Of a stretch of 64,000 bases of DNA, positions 49,303-61,850 are shown in pieces. The notes beneath the pieces were generated by a model, which did no database searches, was not told the DNA's origin, and saw only the letters and a program-made list of their open reading frames with translations. Position 1 is the first letter of the stretch, and every line of letters starts with the position of its first letter. The DNA lies in the NCBI GenBank assembly GCA_028534125.1, contig CM052832.1:24802001-24866000 (forward strand), given 5' to 3'. The position numbers were made by a program, and so were the translations under genes. The DNA is from Lama glama. Lineage: Eukaryota.

Positions 49303-50639
49303 AATATTCAAAAGGACAAGAAAATTTTATTCTTGCTGACATTAATTGCCATTCATTGCATAACCTCAGATTGCCAGGGATGGAGAGAAACAGAGCAGAT
49401 GAAGGAGACTGAGAACATTATCCTGCCATGCACAAGGAGACACATAGCAAACTTGAAATAATGTTCAGATATAACTGTTGTGTTGTCGAACTGCTGACAA
49501 TACATCCCTCCCCTTCCCCCACCAGCAGGATAATGATGGAACCCATAACTAGGGGTGGTGGGAGAAAGCCTGTCCTGGTGTTGGCCTGGGCCCTGGGCTT
49601 CTGCAGTCCCTCTAGGGCTCATTCATCTGCTGACCTACCGCTTGTCACATTGTAGCTCCCATCAGCCTAAGTGAGCTGGTACTTGTCAGCGTGCAAATTT
49701 CAAAGATTTCTCTTTCTGTGCTTGCAACTGTTGAGATGGTAATCTTTAAAGTAAAGCCTTCGCCTACTGTACTTTCATTGATTTATTATTTCTGTTCATA
49801 AGTGCTATGAACTGCACCATTTATTCTGTTGCTAAACTCCCCTTGGTGTAAAAACACTCACAAAAAGAAAAGAGAAACCTGATATAAAATGACAGCAGCC
49901 GAAGTCCCATCAATGATCACATAAGCCCTCTTGTTTTCGTGCATCCTGATGGTCTCTGGCCTTTCCTTAGAAGCCTTTTACTCTGTGGTTGTTTTTATGT
50001 CTCACCGTAAAAATACCCCTCCCCAAAATATTGTAGTTTCAAAATCGGTCTTCTTCCTGCTGTATTAGGCTACTGCTGTTTAACCGTCCAGTACTTCCCT
50101 TGTTTGATTCAGTCACACATAGATTATTTCAACACGGAGCATGTGAAGCAATGAGAAGAACCTGAGATCCAGGGAAATAATATTACTGGATTTCTGTCTC
50201 TTAACTTGGGTACAATCACATGAGCGTGAGCTAAAGTACAACGGATGACATTTCATTGATAATAGATATTTAGGAGCTAACAGAGTGAGAAAAGAAAATT
50301 GGCTTAACTCTGTAAAAGTGCTATTGATTGTAGTTATTTAAGCTCAGTTGCGTGCAGCTCAGTGGTAAACGGGCCTGTGCTTCTATACAAGTGCACATAT
50401 CATTAAATGTTAGCTTTTAGTGTTCATTTTATTTGATTGACGTGGTCCGCTACATACAAGTGCAAGCCATGAGCCTAAAGTGGTGGGATTCACATATAGT
50501 TGATGTGTCTGATGTCCTAGTTCTTTTGGTGGTCTTTTCAGTTATTTATACCACTTGGATTAATGGTTATTGTCCTATTGCCCTTAGGAATGTGGCCCAA
50601 ATGCCCACATCAGCATCCTACTTCACCACGTGACTCCAC

Positions 50640-51022
50640 TATGGTTTTGGTTTCTTCCTATCTCCAGCCATGATCTTGGGGTCGTTTCTTTCCTGTCTCG
50701 GGAATGTTCCTGCCCCTGCTCCTGGCTTCCTGCTAACTCATCCTTTAGGACTTTGCTTTAGGTGCCTTCTTCTTCTCTCCCTTTCCTCCCTAAGACGAGA
50801 CCAGATGCTCCTCTTACCGTCTCCTTATACTTGACAGTTCCTCCGTTTAAATTTTTTCACTCTATTGACATTGATTGCTTACCTCTCTGTGTTGCCTTCT
50901 AGACGTGAGCCCCTTGGGAGGAGGGAGTTTGTTTTATCCATTGTTACATCTTCTGTGCTTAGTACGGCACATGACACTTAATAAGAGCCAATAAAATTTT
51001 GTTCAATAAATAAATGAATGGG
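50640..51022 (+). mobile_element. L2 3' end
   Basis: ctagacgtgagccccttgggaggagggag...gtgcttagtacggcacatgacac...caataaaattttgttcaataaataaatgaatg. Confidence 0.8.
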
Positions 51023-53316
51023 TAAGCCCTTCTCTCCTTTTCAGCCCCGAGCACACTGCTTCTTCATTCCTCAGAGGAGAATGGCAGGCTGGTTGGAATA
51101 AGTTATTTTCAAGGCTACTGTGATTAATGTCCAAGATCATGCTAAAATTTGGCCATTTTTTTTTGCTTTATTAACATCAGCCTGGCTGTATCCCCAGCCT
51201 TCATTTCATTGGCGTAATGCAATCCCTCATTATTGTTTCATCATGAGTTTCCAAGTATAAGAACAAAGTAAAATGCCTCTGCTTTATTTTAAAATGCCCG
51301 GGTAGATTGGAATACAATGAAGACATATTAGGAATTAATCTTCATAATTAAAGAACAGAGTTAGTTAAACGCTCATGGGTCCAGAGTTTTATTTTATTCC
51401 CCTGATGTCCTGGTAAAGCATCATCATAATATTCGGTCTATAGTAAGTTCCCAGTAAATGTGAGCTAGTGTCTTTATAACCACCTCCTTAATCTTCTTCC
51501 GCTACCCATTCCTCCCCCTTTAAGCACTGATCTTAGGAAAATAGACTTCAAACTCCAAAGAGGATAGAAGACGGAGCACTGAGATTTAATTCATTTCTGA
51601 AAAAGGGTTAGACGCTCCTCCTCTCTTACATGCACTAAACCTCAGCCCTTCTTCTTAAGCTTCAGCTAAGTTCAACAGGTGATTCTTGTCCATCGTTTGT
51701 GTGCCCAGAACGGCAGTAGGCTGATCTAGTGCAACTACCGGTGTGATTACAGCAGTCTGCGATGTTGCCAGTCCTTAAGCAGCTTCAGAGGCTGTCTGCA
51801 ACTGCTCCCTTAGGGACTGGTGCTAAGTATCCCCATAAACTCATTCTTAACACTGGTCTCTGTGCCTTTAAAAAGGCTCTAACACCCCGTGTCTCATCAA
51901 CTCATTCTCTCTTTGTTTCCAGAACAGAAAGCATGTTCCACTGGGAGTAGACAGTCACAGCCTATACATTAATCTCCACAGTGGAGTAAAGAAGAGCCTA
52001 CATTGCATGTATAGTATACATAAACACTATGAGACACAGTTTGCAAAATATAACCCAATCTCATGAGTCCACAAAAACTACAGCAGACTCCAAGAAGCCT
52101 AAAGACGGCCTGTCACACCTCAGTGGAAGTTACATCCACTTTATTCTTCTGAAGCCTACTTTGCAAATCAAATCTATATCGAAAGCTAAGGCTTTTGCTT
52201 AAATTCACACAGCAAATAAATCATGAGGCATGCCTGGATTTCATTTCTCTAAGTTCTCCTGCTGTGTTTAGCTATTGTGGAGGTGGCCAGATGGGAATTA
52301 ATGTTGCCAAATATTTTGCAATACTGCTGCACAGTGAGGTGAACTAAGGATACAACTTTAATTTGGGTGTCAGATTCCTTTGTGGACATTATAAACCCTT
52401 TAAAGTTAAATAAATATCAGCGTCCTTCTGCGTGGGTACAAGATAGGATCAGCTGTAGAAGGGACAAGAACATTAGGTTTCTACTTGGTAGGCTTCTGCC
52501 AGCACCTGCTGAATTTATGTGTGTCACAGTCCCTAGTTTCTATGTACTGAAGGATGTGATGGGGAGTAGGGGGGATGGTGTACATACAAGTTGGCCATTT
52601 GTATGAGACATTTGTAAATCTGGGACTGCCTCTTTTGTATTTGTGAACACACAGATTATCTTTTGCATGTTGATGGAAATGTGAGTTTGATGGATGTTCC
52701 TTTATGAAAGATAAGATGATAATTAGCAAAAACAGAACAATGGGGATTGCAGGTCTCAGGAGAGGAAACAATTCATGGGGAAAGCAGGAAATGTGAACCT
52801 AAGAAAAAAAGATGGAAATGATAAATCCAACCACAAGCAAAACTATAATGGTATAACAATAATAGATATTAATCTGTAGACTGTTATTTGGTTAATGATA
52901 AAGCAGAGAAGTATCTTCCGGATACGCTGGAAAGGAAAATGGAGAGGCTATAACTAAAAACACAGGAGAAAAGACAGAGCAAGTTTAAAGGGCAGGTATA
53001 TATATGTGAGACAGTCTCATTAGATTTGGGTAAATCCTCTCAAAAAGATGTTGTCAAGAACGGGGACCAAGAAAAGGTACCCCAGCCTGGGGTGGAACCG
53101 TTTAGACCAGGATAAGCCAGACTTATGTCTGGGATGCATGCCTGAGCTGAGTGTGTCTCATCACGATTCCTACCAAGATGTGCACCTGGGAAGCTTGGCA
53201 AGACAGGAAATAAGTGTCAGCCTATTCTGCCTCCTGGGGACACAATGAATAGTAGTCTCCTGCCCATAATGAGCTCAGAGAGTGGTAGGGGAGATATACA
53301 TCCCAATTTAAGGGCA

Positions 53317-53816
53317 NNNNNNNNNNNNNNNNNNNNNNNNNNNNNNNNNNNNNNNNNNNNNNNNNNNNNNNNNNNNNNNNNNNNNNNNNNNNNNNNNNNN
53401 NNNNNNNNNNNNNNNNNNNNNNNNNNNNNNNNNNNNNNNNNNNNNNNNNNNNNNNNNNNNNNNNNNNNNNNNNNNNNNNNNNNNNNNNNNNNNNNNNNNN
53501 NNNNNNNNNNNNNNNNNNNNNNNNNNNNNNNNNNNNNNNNNNNNNNNNNNNNNNNNNNNNNNNNNNNNNNNNNNNNNNNNNNNNNNNNNNNNNNNNNNNN
53601 NNNNNNNNNNNNNNNNNNNNNNNNNNNNNNNNNNNNNNNNNNNNNNNNNNNNNNNNNNNNNNNNNNNNNNNNNNNNNNNNNNNNNNNNNNNNNNNNNNNN
53701 NNNNNNNNNNNNNNNNNNNNNNNNNNNNNNNNNNNNNNNNNNNNNNNNNNNNNNNNNNNNNNNNNNNNNNNNNNNNNNNNNNNNNNNNNNNNNNNNNNNN
53801 NNNNNNNNNNNNNNNN
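53317..53816. other. Assembly gap (500 N)
   Basis: Run of N. Confidence 1.
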
Positions 53817-54210
53817 TGTGCGGGCAAAAGAGATTTGCGTCTTATTTTAGAAGGTTCAATGGGAACATTATGATTAGTTTCGTAGAGTTGTGAGGCTAAA
53901 TGTGTAGGAATTTTTGTGTTTATGGCAATTGCTGCTGGGCCATAATATTTGCTTTACGCATTTACACACAGGTGTCAAAAGCACGTTTACACACGCTCAC
54001 ATCAAAGGCACCCGTTTCCTAAGCCAGGCAATCAAAAAGATACCTCATTATGCACCATTTATGCCAATCTGCCAATTTGGAGCTTTTTTTCCTTCTTCAG
54101 GAAATCATAGTAACACTGTGAATCATTGAGGTTGTAGGTATCTTTAGCCACATTTTGATAATAATATCTGCCTTTCCAGTCAATGCTTTGAGAACATTCT
54201 AGAGCATACC

Positions 54211-54568
54211 TGTCTTAGTTCAGGCTGCTCCATAAACTGGGTGGTTTACAAACAACAGAAATGTATTTCTCACAGCTCTGGAGCCTGGAAGTCTGCGATC
54301 AGGGTGCCAGCATGGTTGGGTTCTGATGAGGCTCCTCTTCTGGAATGCTGACTTCTTGTGGTATCCTCACACGGCAGAGAGCAGGGAGAGGAGGCAAGCT
54401 CTCTCATGACCCTTAGAAGGCGCTAATCCCATCCTTAAGGGCTCCAGCCCCTCGACTGCCTCTAATCCTAATTGCCCTCCAAACACCCCGCCTCCTAATA
54501 CCATCCTATTTGGGGATAGGATTTCAACATATGAACCTGTGGGGGATGTGAACTTTCAGTCCATAACA
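54211..54568 (-). mobile_element. MLT1A-like solo LTR with perfect 5-bp target-site duplication ATACC
   Basis: tgtcttagttcaggctgct ... cagtccataaca. atacc at 54206-10 and 54569-73. Confidence 0.92.
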
Positions 54569-56080
54569 ATACCATTTTCTAACAGCAGGGAAAAATGCCA
54601 CTTGGCACTGAATGAAAGTGTACCAAGAAAGTAGGAAAAACCTTTCATGCTGACTTTTCTGTTTCAGCCAGATTCGGGTAGTAACTGTTTACATACTCTA
54701 GATTCATAGACAAGGTCATCAGATAGTGTAGCAAGTATTTCTCAATCTAAACTCCTCTATCTTCTCAAGAAGGCTTTTTGCAGGTCATATAGGTTGAGGT
54801 AGGGAACCGCATCCACATAACTCCTGCAATACCTGAGGACAAAGTTGATCCAAATATGCACCTGGCTGTCCTGCCCCAGCTCAACTACGATTCCATCAAG
54901 GTCATTTATGAAACTCAGTGACTTCCAGTTGTCCTCTCACACCTGGCAATCGCAGGTACCTTCTCAACTTTCAACCACAATTAATAACGATGAAGAATCA
55001 CCAGTTCAAACAAATGAATCTTACATTGTGAACTCCTCCCTTCAGTGCGCTAAGAGGATTATCCTGAAAGCATAAAGCAAATAAGTGATTGCAGATTAGT
55101 AAAATATCTGGAGTTTACAAAACTTCATTCACAGCCTCAGCTTGCTGGGAATCTGTCAGAAGCAAATCGCAGAGGATTTACTGCTGATCAAAGGGCAATG
55201 ACTAGTGATCCTCCCCTTGGGAGGTTTTGATGGAACCACGACTGAGGCTAAAGTCGGTCATCAAGGAACAATGACTTGAAACCATTCCCTGCTACCCTTA
55301 AAAGCTGGGTCATTCAGGGAGCCACCTGGAAAGTGCAAACAATGTCCTGATTGTGTGGGGCTCCAGGGGAGCTGGTCACATAGGTGAGCCCTTGTTGGGA
55401 CAGTGATTCTCGGCGGAGGGATGGAGGAGACAAGAGAAGGGAGAGGGCAGGAGTGCATCCAGAGCTCTTCTAACTGAACAAGGCTCCTCTCCCGTCTTTG
55501 TCCCCATGGATTCTGATACACTTTTCCCCATGCCCCACCTTTGAGCTCAGCAAAGGCCTGAGTCTCATGTTACTGAATTTCTACTGCTTTTTATAGCATT
55601 CCTGCTCAGTCCTGGACATACTGAGCCATGGCTGCCCTTCCTGGGAGGCTCTGGCCATCTGTGGCTGGAGCTTGTCAATCATCTGTAAAGGCTGATCTCC
55701 CTCTGGAATTCAAGATGCTCATTGCCCCGAAATTTCAAAAAGATAGGACCTGCTCGCTAGCTTTCCTTCTTCCATTGGTATTCAGACCCGCAGAGCCTCC
55801 CCAAGTGACCTCCCCTATTCTATTTCCTTGGCTTTGCTTCCTGCCCTACTTGTTCCAGCTCGTCTCCTTTTTACATTATTCATGGCTTTTATTTCTCACT
55901 TAGTCATTTATTTTAAATTTTCTTCCTGCTTTTACACCCACTTAACCCAGGTTTTTATCTTGAAAAACAACCTGGATTGACCAAAGAAGGAGCAAATTAA
56001 CAGTATTTTTTAATTTTAGAGAGTGTTCCTAAATTGTTGTATTTTTATTTTCAACAGCTGTCCCCGAGCTTGCCGTTAGA

Positions 56081-56260
56081 CAGGGCTTCTCAACCTTGGA
56101 TGCACAATGGCACCATCTGGGCTGCTTTAAAAAGTGCTGATGCCTGGACTCAGCTCCAGCGACTCTGTCTTAATTGGCCCAGGGTAAGGCCTGGGCCCTG
56201 GGGGTTTTAAAGGCACTCCAGGTGATTCTTAAGTCATAGTCAGGGTGAAGAGTCACCACC
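56081..56260. mobile_element. MER5-type MITE
   Basis: cagggcttctcaaccttggatgcacaatggcaccatctggg...ctccaggtgattctt...cagggtgaagagtcac. Confidence 0.8.
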
Positions 56261-56359
56261 ACCAGCAATGTTGTGATGCAAGGCTTTTTGGAAGCTTAGA
56301 ATCCTTCCACCTCCTCTTTCGGCATAATTATCTTCCTTTAAGATTCTCTCCTGTGTCAC

Positions 56360-56480
56360 GAAAGCTGGGCTCGAGTTTTTGGTCCACCACTGCGTAACCC
56401 TAAGCAAGGGCCTCCATCTGCCTGAGCCTCAGTTCCTTCATCAGTGAAAACTACACGCCCCACCCTGAGGAGGCCGTGAG
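56360..56480 (+). mobile_element. MIR fragment
   Basis: taagcaagggcctccatctgcctgagcctcagttccttcatcagtgaaa. Confidence 0.65.
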
Positions 56481-57714
56481 GTGGCACCACCCAGGCTCCT
56501 GGGTTAGAACAGTGCTGCAGATCAGGTGTCTGGGTTAGAACACCTGGTCCACACTGCCATGTGCAGAGTCAGGGGTTCAGGGAAAACCGAACGGAACTGA
56601 ACCCACTCATGGTGCCTGTGGCCATGCAGGGACTTCCCCTGGCCTGTCACCGATATGCTTGTGCCGTATGCACTGAGAAGAACCCAGACTCGTTCTTCCC
56701 AGCTTCCAGCTCCCCAAGACCTGGAGACAGGTCTCGGCCACAGGGCATTAGCTTCCCACTTACTCGTAGGTTGACACAAGGAACTATAAGCTCGTCAACA
56801 TCTTTCTCCATACACAGTTGAGGCCACTTTAAACTCTGGGCTGCAGCGCTTCTCCTATTCTTATACCTTGGAGAATCTCAACAGCTTTGCTGCAAGTGGG
56901 GTTAGAAGCACTGACCCCAGAACAACTGCAGCTCCAGTCCCTTCCCTCTAAGCCCTGCCCTCCGTCTCAGCCTCTTAGTCTCTGGGGGAAGGTCTCAAGA
57001 CCATAGAAGTTAATTTTCTTCTTTCATGCTCCTCCAATCTTTTCTCCCTCCTCCGGAAGCCCAGATTCTATCAATCTCTCAGAGCCTGCAGGCAACTCTA
57101 GCCTGCTCATAATAAATGTCCTCCTTCCTCCATCCAGCAAGTTAGCATTATATGTGTTTGGTTCATTTCCTAGTAGCCAACAGCTTACCATGTTAGCTGC
57201 AGACTTCTACAGATTCAGAGGCCTGTGGCTTAAGACAGGATTCTCCCCCTTAAACAGATCGTGGAATTGGGGTCCTAAAAGAAGGGTTTTTTTTTTAATA
57301 CCTCCCTAAATATACTTTCTCCCCTGCTTGTCCACCCCCAATTTTTATGGGATGCGTGAGGCAATCAGGAATGTGGGTGGACATTTCTATTTTCTCAGGA
57401 GAAATCATATCGGGAGTGGAAACAGTGATGAGTGACAAGATGTTGATAGATGAAACATTTTCAGACTTAAAGAGTATTTGAGGCAAACGGACTTTCCTTA
57501 TACTTCTTAAGAGGCAAATTGTGTATCTCCATCTTGCTATTTCTACTTCTTATGCACTAGCCCATTTTCACCCTTGTATGTAGTCTCCCAGTTACAGGCT
57601 GTATGTTCAGTGGGGACATCTTTCAAAGAGACGACAATATAAATGTAAGGAAAGCTTATGTGATACCTCTTAATACCTCATTTTGTTAATATAGCTAAAT
57701 TCGATGTTACTGAT

Positions 57715-58140
57715 TTATTCATTAATTAATTTACTCATTCATTTGTTCATTCACTCACTCACTCCACACTGAGCAATGACTCTTTGCTGAGCACGATGCT
57801 CAGCAGTGGGGTTACAGCAGTGAACAAGACCCAGGTCTTGTTGTTATGGATCTTATGTGGAGATGAAAGGAGTCAGGTGGTAAACAAGTGAAGATACAAG
57901 ATAATTATAGATTAGAATAAATGCTTTCACTCGGGGAGTTCTACCCTAGATAAGGGAGCTAGGGAAAGCATCTTGATTTTTGAGCTAAGACCTAGGAAAT
58001 GAGGATAATCAGGCTTAAAAAGGACTGGGGTAGGGAAGTCTTCCAGGCAGCAGGCACCGCAGGTACAAAGGCCCTGAGGCATGAGAAGGCTTGGTGTGTG
58101 GTTTGAAGGAGGCCAGTGTGACTGGAGCCCAGTAAGCGGG
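57715..58140 (-). mobile_element. L2 3' end
   Basis: (ttca)n tail, then gggttacagcagtgaacaagac...gtacaaaggccctgaggcatgagaaggcttggtgtgt. Confidence 0.85.
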
Positions 58141-59736
58141 CTGCCCTGGCAGAAGGAAAGGCAGAGCCCTGCCGTTGCTTTCTGGTGTCTGGGCCTCTGA
58201 GGAGCCTTCCTGTTTTCAACACAACCCTTGAGTTACTTGAATAGATGGAATATTCACTAATCCAGGAGCACCTGTACTTCAGATGTTCCAGACATCTGAA
58301 CCTTTCCTGGCAAACAGGAACCTTTACTGGAAAAATCAGAAAATTTTGCTCAGGGTGTCTAAAAATCTTTGCCTCGTGAAACCTCACAGCCAAAGTAACA
58401 TTTTTCTCAACATGGGAGACCTGAGTTCATTGCTGATACATTATTGGGTTCTATAAATTACAAAAAAAGAATCCAAATTCATAACAAACATAGCTTCTGT
58501 CCTTGGATCATGTGAACTCTTCAAAATATACTTGGTCTTAGAGGAGCAGTGATCATGTTTGTAAGGATAATCTTGAACTTTAGATAATCACCAGGACAAC
58601 AGTGATGCCGCATGCATATCAAGAGATAGCCCATTTCTCTTTCTCTTGTATCTCTTGAATCTTTTATCATGCAATAATATGTTTTCAAGAAACACTAAAG
58701 CAATATAAAATTTGACTCATCAATAATGCCCTGAATTTCAGATTTACAAGAGATAATTCATGTAAGTAGTTGGCACAGTCCCCAACAAATGCTCAACATT
58801 ATTTGTCCTTATTGGATAGAGAGGGAAAACCCCAGCTTAAATCAAAAGAGTTTAGGTCTTCAGAAGAACAAAGCCCTCCTAAGTCTTATCTAAACAAAAT
58901 CTCAAATCATTTTACTTAAGAAGGAAACCACAACTTTCAAATTGTACATAAACATATTCCCTTTTGAAGCTGAAAATGTCCCTGGATTTGCAAAACAAGG
59001 CACTTAGGATGCCATCACTGGATGTGGTTTGTTTACGTGTTTGGTTTCCTCTCATTCTTATAGGTCAAAAGTTATTATTCCTAATGGTTGGCTAAGTTTT
59101 TTGTTTTTTAAAGCCCAATTGGATCAATCTGTTCCATTCCAAACACTTCGCAACAAAAATCTCAACTTCACTCAGTGTGGAGTTTTCAGGCTTAACCAAC
59201 TGTTTCAGTGGAAGGAAAAGTAAAGATAACAAGCCCACCTTGGGTGCCAGGCTCAGAGGAAGACTGCTGAACTGTGCCCTTCTTTCTTCTGACTTCACGT
59301 CTACAGCTGCGGCGGGACAGGGACCGGGCATTAAATGTGCTCTCCTGCCTCTGTGGCAAAACGTGAGAGACACCCGGAGGCCTCCAGAGACTATTACTAG
59401 AAGGCCCGCAGGTAGGACGTCAGGATTAGCAACTGCAGGAACCCAGCATACTTCAATCATGTAACAAATCATTATACCACATGGAACTCTGACCTAGGAA
59501 CTCAGACATGCCATGGGGTGTTGCTGCCATGTTATGTTCATCTCCCGTTTGGGCCGTGAGATAAACGAAGGACAGGCATCCCCTCTGAAGGCCAGACTTG
59601 TGTCGAGCTTTCCTCCACCACATCACACACTGTCTCCCTCTCAAGGTCACTTGGGTAGGGGTCCAATGTCCCTCACCTTTATGTCTTCAGAGTTGGTGCT
59701 AGTGTCTTTGCTCAATAAACTCATGTGGAATGAATG

Positions 59737-60452
59737 TGTTGTTGTGTTAGTTTCAGATGCACAGCAAAGTGATTCAGTTCTATGTATACATATACATACT
59801 TTTCCAGATTCTTTTCCATTATAGGCTATTACCAGATACTGAATATAGTTCCCTGTGCTTTACAGTAGGTTCTTGTTGTTTATCTATTTTATGTATAGTA
59901 GTGTGTATGTGTCAATCCCAAACTCCTAATTTATTCCTCCCCTCCCACCCCTTCCCCCTTTGGTAACCATAAGTTTGTTTTCTATGCCTATGAGTCCATT
60001 TCCGGTTTGTAAATAAGTTCATTTGTATCCCTTTTTTAAAATTCCACATATAAGGGATATGATATGATATTTGTCTTTCTCTGTATGACTTACTTCACTT
60101 AATATGATAATCTCTAGTTCCATTCATGGTGCTGTAAATGGCGTTATTTCACTGTTTTTAATGGCTGAGTAAAATTCCATTGTATAAATACACCACGTCT
60201 TCTTTATCCATTCATCTGTCAGTGGACATTTAGGTTGTTTCCATGTCTTGGCTATTGTAGATAGTGCTGCTATGAACATTGGGGTGCATGTATCTTTTCA
60301 AGTTACAGTTTCCTCTGGAGATATGCCCAGGAGTGGGATTTCTGGATCCTATTGTAGCTCTATTTTTAGTTTTTTAAGGAACCTCCATACTGTTCTGCAT
60401 TGTGGCTGCACCAATTTACATTTCCACCAACAGTGTAAGAGTTTTCCTTTTT
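59737..60452 (-). mobile_element. Cetartiodactyl-type L1 3' end inserted into an L2 tail
   Basis: tgttgtgttagtttcagatgcacagcaaagtgattcagtt...gattcttttccattatagg...gtgctgctatgaacattggggtgcatgtatc...aggaacctccatactgttc. tgaatg occurs on both flanks. Confidence 0.92.
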
Positions 60453-61704
60453 CTGAATGAGCTTAATTTTTAACAGTTCTCACATATTAGGACCAACTTG
60501 GTTGTCTCATAGAGGATTGAGTCAGTGGCTTGGTGACAGTGAACTCTTCAACCACCCAGTCACATGGATGACCCTGTTACTGTGACAAGAATAAAGCATT
60601 GCCAGGAGATAGCAGGTCAGGGAAGGCATAAGCCGTCCATACCCCTGAACATGGCCCCTTGCAATCCAGTTTAGCCACCTACGAGCACTTCTCAGCATTT
60701 TTCAAACCAGGACACACATAGAAAGTGATAATATTTGTATAGAAAACTGAGATAAACCACTAAGCTGCTCGAGGCAAAAAGAGTCTGGCCAGAGGGCTCC
60801 AGGTGCCCTGGGCCCCACAACCTCCAAGGAGATTGCAGAGCTCCTCCCGGAAACACATCTCAAGCATCTGGCAGGACAGGTGTCCTGCTGGGAACAGCCT
60901 GATCCCAAGTCAGGAAGAGGTTAAATTATGTTATTCATACTCTGTTTAAGAATGTATAAAAGTGTGGTCTATTTTAGAGAGATTTCCATTTAAAGTCTTA
61001 AAAATTCATTGCTTGAAAATGTAAATCCTGAGCTATATAGAAGTCAGCTATCAGCTCCTTTCTAAAGGGCTCCTGATAATCAAAATCTTACAGTGTATGG
61101 TTTTATATTTTGCTGTATTTGTTGAATAGAGTTTTATGTTCTGTGTCCTTTATTTTAATAGCCAATCTAAAATTGATTTCTGTTTTTCCTCTTTCTTTGT
61201 ATAAGCCCACCACATTTAGTTGCTATTTATTTAAATGGACCTTGATTGACTTTGAGTGGCCTTCAGCTAGGTTTTTTTTTTAGTCTCCTCATCCCTGCTC
61301 CAGATAATGAAATCACAGTATCCCAGCTATTTTTAGCATCCATTGGGAAGTTAAAGGCAGCGTTCTGATCTTTGTCTAACATAATTCAATACTTACCATT
61401 GAAACAGTGGGCTCTTGGACGTCAGTTAGCTTGGGCACACTTATCTGACTGATGAATCCTTTTCCCCTTGGACAAAAAACAAGGCTTTCCAGTATTCCTA
61501 CTAAAGAAAAGTCAAATATTCAGGTCTCTTAAAAATAAAGAATAATTTATGAATACACAGTTTTGTGGATGACCTCAAAGTAAGTCACTGGTTATAGCAG
61601 AACTTCAGCAGATTACACTCAAAAATTCCAACGGGATTTGGAGGGTGGAGGAAACTCTTAGCCATTCTCTTCCAGTTCAGAAGAGGTATCAAGAAAGGGA
61701 GGAA

Positions 61705-61850
61705 ATAAGTGAGCACCTACTATGTGCCAGGTGTTGAAATTTATGTTAATTCCTACAACATTTCCTCGCAGAAAGCATGAATATCCCCCAAAATTAAAGA
61801 TTAAGACAGGTGACATAGCGACTCCAAGGGTCTCAGCCAGCAGGTGGAAC
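61705..61850 (-). mobile_element. MIR fragment
   Basis: gagcacctactatgtgccaggtg...ttaattcctacaaca...atatcccc. Confidence 0.55.

Noticed and set aside
50341..50367. A-box-like agctcagt repeated twice
   Set aside because: No B box or tRNA body.
53222..53850. ORFs of 201 aa
   Set aside because: Artefacts of the second 500-N gap.
56499..56546. 13-bp direct repeat ctgggttagaaca with a small hairpin, CRISPR-like spacing
   Set aside because: Only two copies in mammalian DNA at a MIR edge; a local micro-duplication.
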